64,000 nt of DNA from an uncultured Solirubrobacterales bacterium. GTDB taxonomy: Bacteria; Actinomycetota; Thermoleophilia; Solirubrobacterales; 70-9. Of this stretch, positions 33,178 to 42,952 are shown piece after piece; the first letter of the stretch is position 1; every line of letters starts with the position of its first letter. The notes beneath the pieces are model-generated. The model was not told where the DNA came from and searched no databases. It was given only the letters and a program-made list of their open reading frames with translations. The stretch spans positions 5,420-69,419 of the forward strand of contig CAWJCP010000010.1 in assembly GCA_963841445.1 (NCBI GenBank), given 5' to 3'. Both the position numbers and the translations under genes were made by a program.

Positions 33178-33771
33178 ATGACCAAGGTCTTCAGCGCCCA
33201 CGCAGTGTCGGTCGACGGCTACATCGCCGGTCGCGATCCCAGCGCGGGAAGCGGCCTCGGCGATGCCCGGATGCTCTTCGACTGGTACTTCGACGGCGAG
33301 ACGCCCAGTCAGGTGTTCGGCGGGTTCCGGCTGAGCGAGCCCAGCGCTCGCGTCTTCGACGCCCTCGCCGCACGAGTGGGTGCAGTCGTGGCGGGGCGCA
33401 ACACCTACGAGCACTCCAGCCACTTTGGAGGCGGCAGCCCGCACCCGACGGCGCGGCTGGTCGTTCTCAGTCATCGGCCGGCGCCGGACATCAGTGCGAG
33501 TCAGACGCTCGTCACTACCGGCATCGAGGACGCGATCGCCGCGGCACACGAGGGCGCCGGCGACAAGGACGTCTCCCTGATGGGCGGCGGCGTCGTCACG
33601 GCGGCGTTGGCGGCAGGGCTAGTCGACGAGCTCGTTCTGCATCAGGTGCCGATCCTGCTCGGCGACGGACGGCCGTTCTTTCAAGCTCTGCCCGAGCACG
33701 TGCGCCTCAACCTCCTCGAAGCCGTACAGGCACCGGCCGTGACCCACCTCCACTACGAGGTGGTCCGATGA
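33178..33771 (+). CDS. Dihydrofolate-reductase-like (RibD C-terminal domain) family protein
   Basis: MTKVFSAHAVSVDGYIAGRD...VVAGRNTYE...DVSLMGGGVVTAALAAGLVDELVLHQVPILLGDGRPFF. ATG 33178 follows GAAAGGGA. Confidence 0.8.
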   Translation: MTKVFSAHAVSVDGYIAGRDPSAGSGLGDARMLFDWYFDGETPSQVFGGFRLSEPSARVFDALAARVGAVVAGRNTYEHSSHFGGGSPHPTARLVVLSHRPAPDISASQTLVTTGIEDAIAAAHEGAGDKDVSLMGGGVVTAALAAGLVDELVLHQVPILLGDGRPFFQALPEHVRLNLLEAVQAPAVTHLHYEVVR

Positions 33772-34688
33772 TCCTCGTCACCGGCGGGCTGGGCATGATC
33801 GGCGCCCACACCGCCCGCGCGCTACTCGATCTCGACCACGAGGTCCTCGTCACCGCCCACCGCCGGACCGAGGTCCCGTCGTTCCTCGCCGGCCGGGTCA
33901 CCGTGAAGGCCCTCGACGTCACCGACCGGGATGCCTTCCTCTCCCTCGCCGATCGCCACGACATCAGCGACATCGTCCACCTCGCCGGCAGTATCCCCGA
34001 CGAGGACCCGGTCGGCTTCTTCCGCACCGAGACGACCGGCCTGCTCAACGCACTGGACGCCGCCCGCAGCTGGGGCGTGCGCAGGTTCGCCGTCGCCAGC
34101 AGCCTCGGCGTGTACGCCGGTCGGACCGAGACCCGCTGGCACGAGGAGCTGGCGCTGCCCGCCACGACGCTGCCGCACCTGATCGTCGCCTTCAAGAAGG
34201 CCGTCGAGCCACTCACCACGCACAGCCTCCAGGGCAGCGGCGTCCAGCCGGTCGTGCTCCGGATAGGGACCATCTGGGGACCGCTCGTCGACCCGGAATC
34301 ACCGTTCTTCCCCATTCCCCCCTACATCAACGCCGTGCTCCGCGGTGAGGAGCCGCGGCCGCTGCACGCCGACGACGGCGGTGACTGCTGCTACGCACCC
34401 GACGCCGGGCGCGCAATCGCCCTCCTGATGACCGCGGAGACCCTGCCGCACGACACCTACAACGTCTCCAGCGGCCGGCCGGCCCGCAACCGCGAGTTTG
34501 CGGACGCCCTGCAGGTGACCATCCCCGGCCTGCGGCTCGACCTCCTGCCCGGCCGCCAGGACGGCCCCGGTGACGACCCGTACCTCGACACCACCCGGCT
34601 CACCCACGACACCGGCTTCGCGCCGACCTTTGACGTCGCCCGCGCGGTCGCTGACTACGTCGCGTGGCGCACCGACAACCCTCGTTAG
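33768..34688 (+). CDS. NAD-dependent epimerase/dehydratase family protein
   Basis: MILVTGGLGMIGAHTARALLDLDHEVLVTAHRR... It overlaps the upstream gene by 4 nt. Confidence 0.75.
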   Translation: MILVTGGLGMIGAHTARALLDLDHEVLVTAHRRTEVPSFLAGRVTVKALDVTDRDAFLSLADRHDISDIVHLAGSIPDEDPVGFFRTETTGLLNALDAARSWGVRRFAVASSLGVYAGRTETRWHEELALPATTLPHLIVAFKKAVEPLTTHSLQGSGVQPVVLRIGTIWGPLVDPESPFFPIPPYINAVLRGEEPRPLHADDGGDCCYAPDAGRAIALLMTAETLPHDTYNVSSGRPARNREFADALQVTIPGLRLDLLPGRQDGPGDDPYLDTTRLTHDTGFAPTFDVARAVADYVAWRTDNPR

Positions 34689-34842
34689 AAGCGCTTGCTC
34701 GCCGCCGGCAAGCTCGACTTTCGACGCCGCCCGCGAGCATCTCGTCGCCCTGGCCGGAGAGGACGATGGCCGGTCGCGCGGCTCGACGAGACGCTGCGGA
34801 TGGTGGAGGCGCAATCCGAGGCGGAAGATCGGTAGGACATCG

Positions 34843-35973
34843 CTACCCCGCCGGTCTGGCGAGCAGCGTGATCGCCGCCAGCACTAGGGCCAGCACACCG
34901 AAGCCGAGCTTTGCCAGGTAGCCCTGCGAGGTCCGCAGCGCGATCACGCATTGCAGCGAGTAATAAGCGGCGAACGCGCGCGAGGCGACTGCGATGATCG
35001 TGAAGGTCGGAATCGTCCAGACCAGCAGGATCGCCGCCCCACCGCTGACCACGTAGGAGCGCGGGTGCCGCATCAGGCGACCGAAGAGGCGGTGCAGGTT
35101 GCCGTCGGCGGCGACCGTGTCGGCGGTGGCGGCGCTGAACTGGCTGAGCACCGCCGTGATCACGATCGGTACCGAGAGCAGCGGCACCACGCGGGAGCTG
35201 ATGTCAAGCAGCGTCATGTCGGCCCCGTGCCCGGTGCCGAGACCCATCACCGGGGTCGCGACCACGACGAAGCCGAGGTAGATCGAGCTGGAGACGAGCT
35301 GCGAGAGCCGGCAGGCCCAGATCCGCGTCGTGCGGTCGTACTCCGCGGCCAAATAGCGCACGGTCTCGAAGCCCTGCACGGTGATCACGATCCCCCCCAG
35401 CACCAGCAGCACGTCGCCGAGGCCCTTGCTGGGCACGGGCGGCAGGTCGAGGCCGCCGCGAAGCAGGTTCGCGCCATCGTGGACGAACAGCGCGCCGCCA
35501 AAGATCGTGGTCAGCACGAGCACCGCACCGAGGGCCAGGCGTTCCATCAGATCGAGGCCGGAGAAGCCCCTGACCACGCCCACGAGGACGATCACCAGCA
35601 CCGCGCCGGAGGCGAGCGCCCGCTCGGCGCTGTCTGACCCCGAGCTTGCGAACTCGACCACGTACTCGGACATGATCCGCAGGTAGAGGGCCACCGAGAT
35701 CACGTAGGCGACGACGATGACCAGATCCGCCGCCTGCTCGAGCCTCCAGGTCCCGTGGTCGAGCCGCCCGTCGTCCTGCAGCGGCTCGACAGTGGCGACG
35801 TTGTGGCGGATCGCCGTGCCGACGAGCCAGGCGAACCCACAGACCCCGACGACCCCGAAGATCGCCAGCGCCCCGAGCGTTCGCTCGAGGACCGGGACGA
35901 TGATCAGAAAGCCGCTCCCGAAGATCGAGGCCAGCGGCGTGACCGCCGCCAACATCACCTGGCGCGAGAACAT
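34843..35973 (-). CDS. Polytopic membrane protein (APC-fold-like permease candidate)
   Basis: 376 aa with about 11 hydrophobic helices (MFSRQVMLAAVTPLASIFGSGFLIIVPVLE...). I do not recognise a family signature. Confidence 0.55.
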   Translation of the reverse strand: MFSRQVMLAAVTPLASIFGSGFLIIVPVLERTLGALAIFGVVGVCGFAWLVGTAIRHNVATVEPLQDDGRLDHGTWRLEQAADLVIVVAYVISVALYLRIMSEYVVEFASSGSDSAERALASGAVLVIVLVGVVRGFSGLDLMERLALGAVLVLTTIFGGALFVHDGANLLRGGLDLPPVPSKGLGDVLLVLGGIVITVQGFETVRYLAAEYDRTTRIWACRLSQLVSSSIYLGFVVVATPVMGLGTGHGADMTLLDISSRVVPLLSVPIVITAVLSQFSAATADTVAADGNLHRLFGRLMRHPRSYVVSGGAAILLVWTIPTFTIIAVASRAFAAYYSLQCVIALRTSQGYLAKLGFGVLALVLAAITLLARPAG

Positions 35974-36094
35974 CGGGCTGAGCTGCTTGATCGCGGCACC
36001 CTATTGGTGGCAGGGCGCTAGATCGCGCCTGCGCCGGACGCCAGCGGTTCGGAACGCTCCGGCGGCTACCTCGTCGCGATCGCGAAGGAGACCG

Positions 36095-37129
36095 TCAGCC
36101 CGGGCGCCCGGCACTGACGCCGCCCGCATCGAACGGCGCGACAAGCCAGCCGGCGACCCGCCTCGCGGCAACCCAGCTGGCCCATGCGATCGCTCCGACG
36201 ATCCGTGCGTCGCCTGCGCCCTGAGCTCGAAATGCAGAAATCAACTGGTCGTCGATCTGGTAGGGCGCAAGCGCGGCCAGCAGCGCTATTCGCGCGCCCG
36301 GCCGGGCCTCATGGTCAAGCTCACTCAGCAGCTCCTCAACCCAGGACATGGTCGGCGGCGGGAACTCGCCGTTCCAGGCGAGCACACGTTCCTCGACCAG
36401 TGCCCGGGTCGGGTGATCGAGCGCTTCGGCCCCGGCCCGATTGACACTCGATGCAAACTCGGCAAATGCGGCGGCGATCGCCGGCGCAGGCGCCGCCCAG
36501 GCCAGGTCCGCGGGCAGCTGAGCAGGCACATTCGGCGTCGACGTAGAGGGCGCCCGCCGGTTGACCGCGCGGGCGAACCAACGGCCCGCAATTCGGCTGG
36601 TGACGGCTCCCAGCCGGCCCCCGAACGGCAACGGGCTCGGGCCGAGCAATGCGCTCACGGCTCGGTTGACATAGTGAAAGCTGACCGCCGTTCCGATGAA
36701 CTCCGGCGTCCAAGCGGCGTCGAACGGCTGGGAGACGAGCTCCTCGGGTTGCGGGGGCCGGCTGGCCTTGGCCCAGGCGACGACCGCCGCCGCGGCGGAA
36801 TCCTTCGGCTCGCGGCCGCGCCGCATCGCAACCGCAACGTCGTGTCGCGTCGCGGCATGCAGCATGATCGTGTGGGCGTCGACGCACCAGGGGCAGCGGT
36901 TGCTTTCGGAGACCGCGGTGGCAACGGCCTCCTTGAGGTACCGCGGTGCCTCCCCGGCGACCAACGACTCGCGGAAGATGTGCCAGACGCCGGCGAGGAG
37001 CTCGGGAGCAGACGAATGGAGGGTGAACGGCTCGACGACCGCGCCGAAATCGCGCCGAACCTCCGCGTAGACCTCGGCGACGGCGCCTTTCGCTCTGCGC
37101 GGCGGAACCACGGCAACCCGGACGCTCAC
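36095..37129 (-). CDS. Carboxymuconolactone decarboxylase / AhpD-like family protein
   Basis: ...LKEAVATAVSESNRCPWCVDAHTIMLHAA... shows the CxxC-containing AhpD-like motif. Confidence 0.75.
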   Translation of the reverse strand: MSVRVAVVPPRRAKGAVAEVYAEVRRDFGAVVEPFTLHSSAPELLAGVWHIFRESLVAGEAPRYLKEAVATAVSESNRCPWCVDAHTIMLHAATRHDVAVAMRRGREPKDSAAAAVVAWAKASRPPQPEELVSQPFDAAWTPEFIGTAVSFHYVNRAVSALLGPSPLPFGGRLGAVTSRIAGRWFARAVNRRAPSTSTPNVPAQLPADLAWAAPAPAIAAAFAEFASSVNRAGAEALDHPTRALVEERVLAWNGEFPPPTMSWVEELLSELDHEARPGARIALLAALAPYQIDDQLISAFRAQGAGDARIVGAIAWASWVAARRVAGWLVAPFDAGGVSAGRPG

Positions 37130-37266
37130 GACACCTCCGCGGGCACGACGAGAGCGGCCGGTCGTGCCTGCACCATCGGGTCCAGCCTAGCTGCCGCGAA
37201 TGGGCCGGCGCTTCGCAGCACCCATCCCCGAGGGGCAGCCGAAGCGCCGCCGCGATAGCCCAGCGC

Positions 37267-37944
37267 TCAGGGAGCGAGCCGGAAGGGCGGGTACTTGTCG
37301 GTGACGAGCAGGAACGCGTAGGCGATGACGCGCCAGTACCAGCGGTAGACGCCCTCGACGAACTCGAAGGCGCCACGCGGGTAGCGCCCGGTGAAGAGGA
37401 TCGCGAACCAGGCGAAGGCGACGACGAAGAACGATCCGATGGCGAGGAAGAACAGCACGAAGTAGTGGGGGATCGCGAGCAGCCACTTGACCAGCGGCAT
37501 GCCGCGGTCGATGTCGACCTTCGCGTCCGGGTAGGGAAATTCGAGGTGGACCGACTGCTGTTCGTCGGTCGACGGGTATTGGTCGTCCATCAGCGAGAGG
37601 TAGACGCCGATTCGCGCCGAGAACCGGGCCAGCTGGAGGTTCCAGTCGAACCACCAGCGCGGGTACTTCTGCCGGAAGAGGATCATCAGCAGGGGCGGGA
37701 TGAAGAGCAATCCGCCCAGAAATCCGCTTGCCGTCCCGGCGCCGAACGAATTGTCTCCCCAGTAGGCGTACTCGCCGCTGACAGTCGCCGCGAGGATGAA
37801 GATCGGGATCGCGGCGAAGATCCGAAACGCGGTGCTGACGCGGTTCAGCTTCCGGTCCGGATACTTGACCCCGAAGGTGACCGGGAAGTCGGAGACCGAC
37901 CCACCGGACAGGGGAGCGGCAAGCGGCGGCTCGGTGCCCTCCAT
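37267..37944 (-). CDS. DUF4389 domain membrane protein
   Basis: ...YPDRKLNRVSTAFRIFAAIPIFILAA... and ...LVKWLLAIPHYFVLFFLAIGSFFVVAFAWFAILFTGRYPRGAFEFVEGVYRWYWRVIAYAFLLVTDKYPPFRL. Confidence 0.7.
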   Translation of the reverse strand: MEGTEPPLAAPLSGGSVSDFPVTFGVKYPDRKLNRVSTAFRIFAAIPIFILAATVSGEYAYWGDNSFGAGTASGFLGGLLFIPPLLMILFRQKYPRWWFDWNLQLARFSARIGVYLSLMDDQYPSTDEQQSVHLEFPYPDAKVDIDRGMPLVKWLLAIPHYFVLFFLAIGSFFVVAFAWFAILFTGRYPRGAFEFVEGVYRWYWRVIAYAFLLVTDKYPPFRLAP

Positions 37945-38095
37945 GGGGCCGCTTTCGGCCTTCGCCGCGGTTCTCCTGCCTCACTCCGGGCGTCCTCGCC
38001 GGTCCGCGCGCCCGCCTCTCGGTAGCGCCGCCGAATCCCGCCTCCCGATAGCGTTGCGGCCCGACTTCGACCGCTGCAAAGGAGAACGCACACAG

Positions 38096-38926
38096 ATGGG
38101 ACTACTGGACGGCAAGAGCGCGATCGTCACCGGCTCGGCTCGCGGCATCGGCCGCGCGACGGCGGAGCTTTTCGTGAGCGAGGGAGCGAAAGTGCTGATC
38201 AACGACCTCGACGCCGACGTCGCCGAGCAGGCGTCGGGCGAGATCGAGGGCGAGACCGCGGTCCACGCCGGCGACCTGACCGAGGAGGGCGCCGCCGACA
38301 AACTGGTCGAAGCCGGCGTCGACGCCTTCGGCTCGATCGACATCGTCGTCAACAACGCCGGCTACACCTGGGACGGCGTCGTGCACCGGATGGAGGACAA
38401 GCAGTTTCAAGCGATGCTCGACATCCACACCGTGGTGCCGTTCCGGGTCGCGCGGGCGCTCGCCCCGCACTGGCGCGAGGCCGCCAAGGCGGAGGCGGCC
38501 GAGGGCAACGAGGTGTTCCGAAAGCTGGTCAACATCTCCTCGATCTCGGGAACGATGGGCAACGCCGGGCAGGTCAACTACTCGGCGGCCAAGGCGGGCG
38601 TCGTCGGACTGACCAAGACGCTCGCGAAGGAATGGGGCCAGTTCAAGATCAACGTCAACGCGATCGCCTTCGGCTTCGTCGAGACGCGCCTCACCGCGTC
38701 AAAGGAGGAAGGTCAGAAGATGACCGCCCCCGGCGGCGAGGAGGTCGAGCTCGGGATCCCGGAGCAGATGCGCGCAATGGCCTCGGCGATCATCCCGCTC
38801 GGCCGCCCGGCGCAGCCCGAGGAAGCGGCGCGCCCGGTGCTCTTTTTGGCCTCCGGCCTCTCCAACTACGTTCAGGGCCAGGTGATCAACGTCACCGGCG
38901 GCCAGTTCGGGGGCATGTACATCTAG
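38096..38926 (+). CDS. SDR family oxidoreductase (3-oxoacyl-ACP-reductase-like)
   Basis: MGLLDGKSAIVTGSARGIGRATAELF...NNAGYTWDG...NYSAAKAGVVGLTKTLAKEW. ATG 38096 follows AAAGGAGA. Confidence 0.85.
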   Translation: MGLLDGKSAIVTGSARGIGRATAELFVSEGAKVLINDLDADVAEQASGEIEGETAVHAGDLTEEGAADKLVEAGVDAFGSIDIVVNNAGYTWDGVVHRMEDKQFQAMLDIHTVVPFRVARALAPHWREAAKAEAAEGNEVFRKLVNISSISGTMGNAGQVNYSAAKAGVVGLTKTLAKEWGQFKINVNAIAFGFVETRLTASKEEGQKMTAPGGEEVELGIPEQMRAMASAIIPLGRPAQPEEAARPVLFLASGLSNYVQGQVINVTGGQFGGMYI

Positions 38927-39009
38927 CCGCGTAGGTCGAGGATCGAGGCGACTTTGTTGCCCATAGCGCAGCAAAGTCGCCTCGCAGAGCGGCTGGGCGT
39001 CGCACTTGC

Positions 39010-39709
39010 ATGCTGCGTGATCGCGGCAACGGCAGCGGCCGGGTGCGGCGGCTCGTGCGGCACAGGAGCGACCCGGGCGCAGACGAAGAAGCCGAGCTGC
39101 TGGTCGCGGCGCTCGGCGACTCGATCACCGCCGGCAACCCCAATTACGATCCCGATCCACGAGCCCGGCGCGGGCTCGGCTTCGGCGACGACCCGCGCAG
39201 CCAGTACGAGTACTGGGCGCACCGCGACGACCCGCGGCTGCGGGTCCGCAACTGCGGCGTCTTCGGCGAGACGACCGCGCAGATAGCTGCGCGGCTGCGC
39301 AGCTGCGCGCGCGGCGCCGACGCTCTGATCGTCCAGGGCGGCATCAACGACATCGCCCAGTCGCTGCGCTCGCCGGCGCCGGTCCGCCGCCTGACGTGTC
39401 AACGACGCAGCGGCCAATCTGACCCAGATGGTGGAGCAGGGCAAGCAGCTCGGCCTGCGGGTCGCGATCGCCGAGGTGCTGCCCTGGAATCGCGGCTATC
39501 CGGTCGCGGCGCCGCTGATCGACCGCCTCAACAGCCTGATCCGCGTCAACGCGAAGCTGGAGCGGGTCCCGGTGCTGCGCTTCGGCAGGGCGCTGGCCCA
39601 GCCGAGCAACCCCAACCTGATGCAACCGCACCTGACCGCCGACGGCGACCACCCCTCGATCGCGGGCTACCGGCGGCTCGGGGCGCTGGTGGCGGCGCGG
39701 TTCGGCTGA
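39010..39709 (+). pseudogene. SGNH/GDSL hydrolase interrupted by a frameshift near 39391-39400
   Basis: Block I (LLVAALGDSITAGNP) and block III (IVQGGINDIAQ) are in the frame of the 39010 ORF. The C-terminal part, including block V (LTADGDHPS) and VNDAAANLTQMVEQGKQLGLRVAIAEVLPWN, is in the frame of the 39428 ORF. That frame has a TGA at 39392-39394. Confidence 0.6.
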
Positions 39710-39749
39710 GGCCCGATCCCGCTGGAGCCCGGGCCCTGGCTGCGGCCGA

Positions 39750-40175
39750 CTACCGAGCCCCGCCCGGGCCGGCTGCGGCCGCGGAGGATGAGCCCGGGTC
39801 CCCGGCGTCGCGCTCGAGGCCGCGGCGATGAAAGAAGGCCCCGAACGACCCGGCCAGGATCGCGACGGCTGAGATCGCCCAGGCCTGCAGGAAGACGTCG
39901 AGCACCCGGGCAGGGGTCGAGATCGGATTTGGCAGCTGCGAGGAGACGGTGAGCAGCTGGGTCGTGGTCCAGAAGACCGCGTCGCCGAAGTTGGTGATCT
40001 CGGTGCCCGGAGCGTGGCGCTCGAAGAAATAAATCAGGACGCTCGCGAGCAGATCGAGGACGAGCGTCGCAGCGAACAGGAAACCGATCCGCGAGCGCAG
40101 CAGGTGGTGAGTCGGCGTTACCCCGCGAACGATCTTGAGCGCCTCGCGGCCGCCGTCTCGAATCGGTTTTCGCAC
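39750..40175 (-). CDS. Small two-TM ion-channel-like protein (K+ channel fold, non-canonical filter)
   Basis: TM1 (FLFAATLVLDLLASVLIYFF), a pore-helix-like FGDAVFWTTTQLLTVSSQLPNP and TM2 (VFLQAWAISAVAILAGSFGAFF). TVSSQ stands where K+ channels have TVGYG. Confidence 0.5.
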   Translation of the reverse strand: MRKPIRDGGREALKIVRGVTPTHHLLRSRIGFLFAATLVLDLLASVLIYFFERHAPGTEITNFGDAVFWTTTQLLTVSSQLPNPISTPARVLDVFLQAWAISAVAILAGSFGAFFHRRGLERDAGDPGSSSAAAAGPGGAR

Positions 40176-40246
40176 TCGGCGAGTATCCCGGCGAGCGCCG
40201 ACGGCATGCGCTCGCGCCCTCGCGAGACCGACCGCGCGGGCGGGCC

Positions 40247-41104
40247 TCAGCCCTTCGGCTTGCGCTCCTCGGCCAGCGGCTCGCCGGCCTCGTCGCTTGC
40301 CCCGCCCGGCGGCCAGGCCCCGAACCAGTTGTCGCGGGCGCCGTCAACGGTGATCACGCATCCGGAGAGAAAGTCACCGCCCGGCGAGGCGATGAAGGCG
40401 ATCAACCAGGCCATCTCCTCGGGGCTGCCGAGCCGCCCCAGGGGCACCGTGCGGTGCACGTTCTCGGCCACCTGCGGCGGGTACTTGGTGCGCAGCACCT
40501 CGGTGTCGAACTGGCCTGCGGCGACCGCGCAGAGCTTGACGTTGAAGCGCGCCCACTCGATCGACAGCGTCCGCATCATGTTCTCCACCGCGGCGCGAGC
40601 GGCGCCGGAGTGGACCATGCCAGGCATGCCGTGGTGAGGTGAGAGGGTGACGCTGACGACCTTGCCCTGGCGCTGCGGGATGAAGGCCTTGGTGGCGGCG
40701 GCATGAGTCATCAGCCAGGTGCCCTGCACGTTGAGCTCGATCACGGTGCGAAAGCCCTTCGGCGTGATCGCCTCGGCGGGGCTGAGGAACTGGCCGCCGG
40801 CGTTGTTGACCAGCAGGTCGAGGCGACCATGGCGCTCGAGGATGGCGTCGATTATCCCCTCGACAGCCTCTTCGTCGCGGATGTCGGCGGCCTGCGCCTC
40901 GAAGGACCCGTCCAGGCCGCCGCCCGCCGCGGCGGTCTCCTCGAGCGGCTCGATCCGGCGCCCGCAGCCGACCACTGTCGCCCCCAGCCGCGCCAGCTCC
41001 AGCGCCGTCGCCCGCCCGAGGCCGCTTCCCGCGCCGGAGACGAGGCAAACCCGGCCGGCGAGCAAACCGGGTGCGAAGACGCGCGAAGGATCGCTCTCAG
41101 GCAT
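40247..41104 (-). CDS. SDR family oxidoreductase (enoyl/dienoyl-CoA-reductase-like)
   Basis: LAGRVCLVSGAGSGLGRATALELARLGATVVGCGRR...LVNNAGGQF... Confidence 0.8.
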   Translation of the reverse strand: MPESDPSRVFAPGLLAGRVCLVSGAGSGLGRATALELARLGATVVGCGRRIEPLEETAAAGGGLDGSFEAQAADIRDEEAVEGIIDAILERHGRLDLLVNNAGGQFLSPAEAITPKGFRTVIELNVQGTWLMTHAAATKAFIPQRQGKVVSVTLSPHHGMPGMVHSGAARAAVENMMRTLSIEWARFNVKLCAVAAGQFDTEVLRTKYPPQVAENVHRTVPLGRLGSPEEMAWLIAFIASPGGDFLSGCVITVDGARDNWFGAWPPGGASDEAGEPLAEERKPKG

Positions 41105-41156
41105 CGGCGGGCCAGCTTATCCGGCGCCGCGCCGGCGCTAGGCTGGGCGCGCCGAG

Positions 41157-42068
41157 ATGAAGATCCACGCGGAGCCGAAGCCCCTTCACGAGCCGCTCGC
41201 CGGCGGCACGCAGGACGCCACCGTGGTGGTCGAGCCGTTGATCGCCGGTACGGTGAGCTGGCCCATGGAGATGATGGAGTCGCCGGGCGGGCGCCTGCTC
41301 ACCCTGCGCCTGGCCCGCGGCCTGTTCTCGAGCGCGAACCGCTGGACCGTGCCCTGCCCGGCTTTCCTGATCCGCCACCCGAGCGCCGGCGCGATCCTCG
41401 TCGACACCGGCCTGCACCCCTCGATCGCCAGCGACCCGAAGGCGAACTTCGGCCGCCTGGCGGCGCGGGTCTCCGCGCCTGAGCTGTCCAAGGGCGAGGA
41501 CGTGCCGGCGCAGCTGCGGGAGCGAGGGATCGACCCTGCCGCCGTCGCGGTCGTCGTGATGACCCACCTGCACTACGACCACGCCTCGGCGATCTCCGAG
41601 TTCCCCGACTCGACGATCGTCGTCAGCGAAGCCGAATGGAACGACGCGACGAGTGGGGGCCGGCCGGCGATGCGCGGCTACCGCCCGGCCCACTACGACT
41701 TCGTCTTTGACTACCGGACGATCGACTTCGGGCGCGGCACGATCTCTTCCTTCGGGACCTTCGGGCGCACCTTCGACCTCTTCGGCGACGGCTCGATCCA
41801 CCTCGCATACACGCCCGGCCACAGCGCCGGGCACATGGCCGTCGTAGGGCGGCTGAAGGAGCGCGAGTTCGTGATCGGCGGCGACGCCGTCTACACCTCC
41901 GGGCAGCTCGAGGGCAATGCCCCGCCCCCGCCGCGGCCCTTCGACCAGCACAACTGGCGTCGTTCGCTTCAGGAGCTGAAGCTCTTCCGCAGCCAGTTCC
42001 CGCACGCGATCATCACCCCGGGCCACGACCCGTCCTTCTACGAGCAACTCGACGAGCGCTACGAGTAG
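41157..42068 (+). CDS. MBL-fold metallo-hydrolase, N-acyl-homoserine-lactonase-like
   Basis: VVMTHLHYDHASAISEF (HxHxDH)...TPGHSAGHMAV... Confidence 0.8.
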   Translation: MKIHAEPKPLHEPLAGGTQDATVVVEPLIAGTVSWPMEMMESPGGRLLTLRLARGLFSSANRWTVPCPAFLIRHPSAGAILVDTGLHPSIASDPKANFGRLAARVSAPELSKGEDVPAQLRERGIDPAAVAVVVMTHLHYDHASAISEFPDSTIVVSEAEWNDATSGGRPAMRGYRPAHYDFVFDYRTIDFGRGTISSFGTFGRTFDLFGDGSIHLAYTPGHSAGHMAVVGRLKEREFVIGGDAVYTSGQLEGNAPPPPRPFDQHNWRRSLQELKLFRSQFPHAIITPGHDPSFYEQLDERYE

Positions 42069-42093
42069 ACGGGCTGGGGCGCCTTCGCCGCGC

Positions 42094-42870
42094 TCATGAG
42101 GAACGGGGCGAGACGTCGGCGGCGGACTCCGTGAGACCCTCGCGCAGAGCCCGGATCACGCCGCGGCGGCCCTGCTCCTCGAGCGCCACGTACATCTTGC
42201 GAACCCGGTCGAAGACCTCGTCGGCGACCTCCTGCTGGCGCTCGCGGGTCGGGCTCTGCTCGGTGGGGAAGACCAGGGGCTCGCCGTATTGCACCGTGAC
42301 CTTCGGGAAGCGCAGCCGCTTCCAGCCGCGCACCCTGGCGGAGCCATGGATCGCCATCGGCACGACCGGGACCCCAGAACGCAGAGCGATGCGGCCGATC
42401 CCGGGGCGCGGCTGCCCCAGCCCGCCGCTTCGCGAGCGCCCGCCCTCGGCGTAGATCAGCATGCAATCCCCCTGCGCGAGGATCGCGTCGGCGGTCCGAA
42501 ACGCCTCCTCGTCGCGGTGCCCGCGGCGGACCGGGAAGGCGCCGCCGTGGGAGAGGATGAAGGTGAGGAAGGGCGGCGAGAAGAGCTGCGACTTGGCCAT
42601 GAAACGGACCTTGCGGCGCAGGAAGACGGCGGCGAAGAAGTGGTCCCACTGGCTGAAGTGGTTGGGGGCCAGCAGCACCGGTCCGCTCGCGGGCACGTAC
42701 TCGGAGCCGATCGCCCGCACGCGGTACAGCAGCAGGCAGAGCGGGGTGAGGATCAGGCGAGCGAAGTCATAGATCCAGTCCGGACCCCGTCGGCGCGCTC
42801 GCTCGTGAAAGCGCGTGAAGTACTCCGCCGGGCGCGGGTCCTTGTAGATCTGTGGCTTCATCTCGGCCAT
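42094..42870 (-). CDS. plsC: 1-acyl-sn-glycerol-3-phosphate acyltransferase (lysophospholipid acyltransferase)
   Basis: LLAPNHFSQWDHFF (NHxxxxD), FPVRRG and IYAEGGRSRSG motifs. Confidence 0.85.
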   Translation of the reverse strand: MAEMKPQIYKDPRPAEYFTRFHERARRRGPDWIYDFARLILTPLCLLLYRVRAIGSEYVPASGPVLLAPNHFSQWDHFFAAVFLRRKVRFMAKSQLFSPPFLTFILSHGGAFPVRRGHRDEEAFRTADAILAQGDCMLIYAEGGRSRSGGLGQPRPGIGRIALRSGVPVVPMAIHGSARVRGWKRLRFPKVTVQYGEPLVFPTEQSPTRERQQEVADEVFDRVRKMYVALEEQGRRGVIRALREGLTESAADVSPRSS

Positions 42871-42952
42871 GCGGGCAGGCGCAGCCGTACCGATGCTCTC
42901 GCCTGAGCTTTCCTACCCTCCGCGGCGAGCGCGGTTACGGGGGGCCAGCTCA

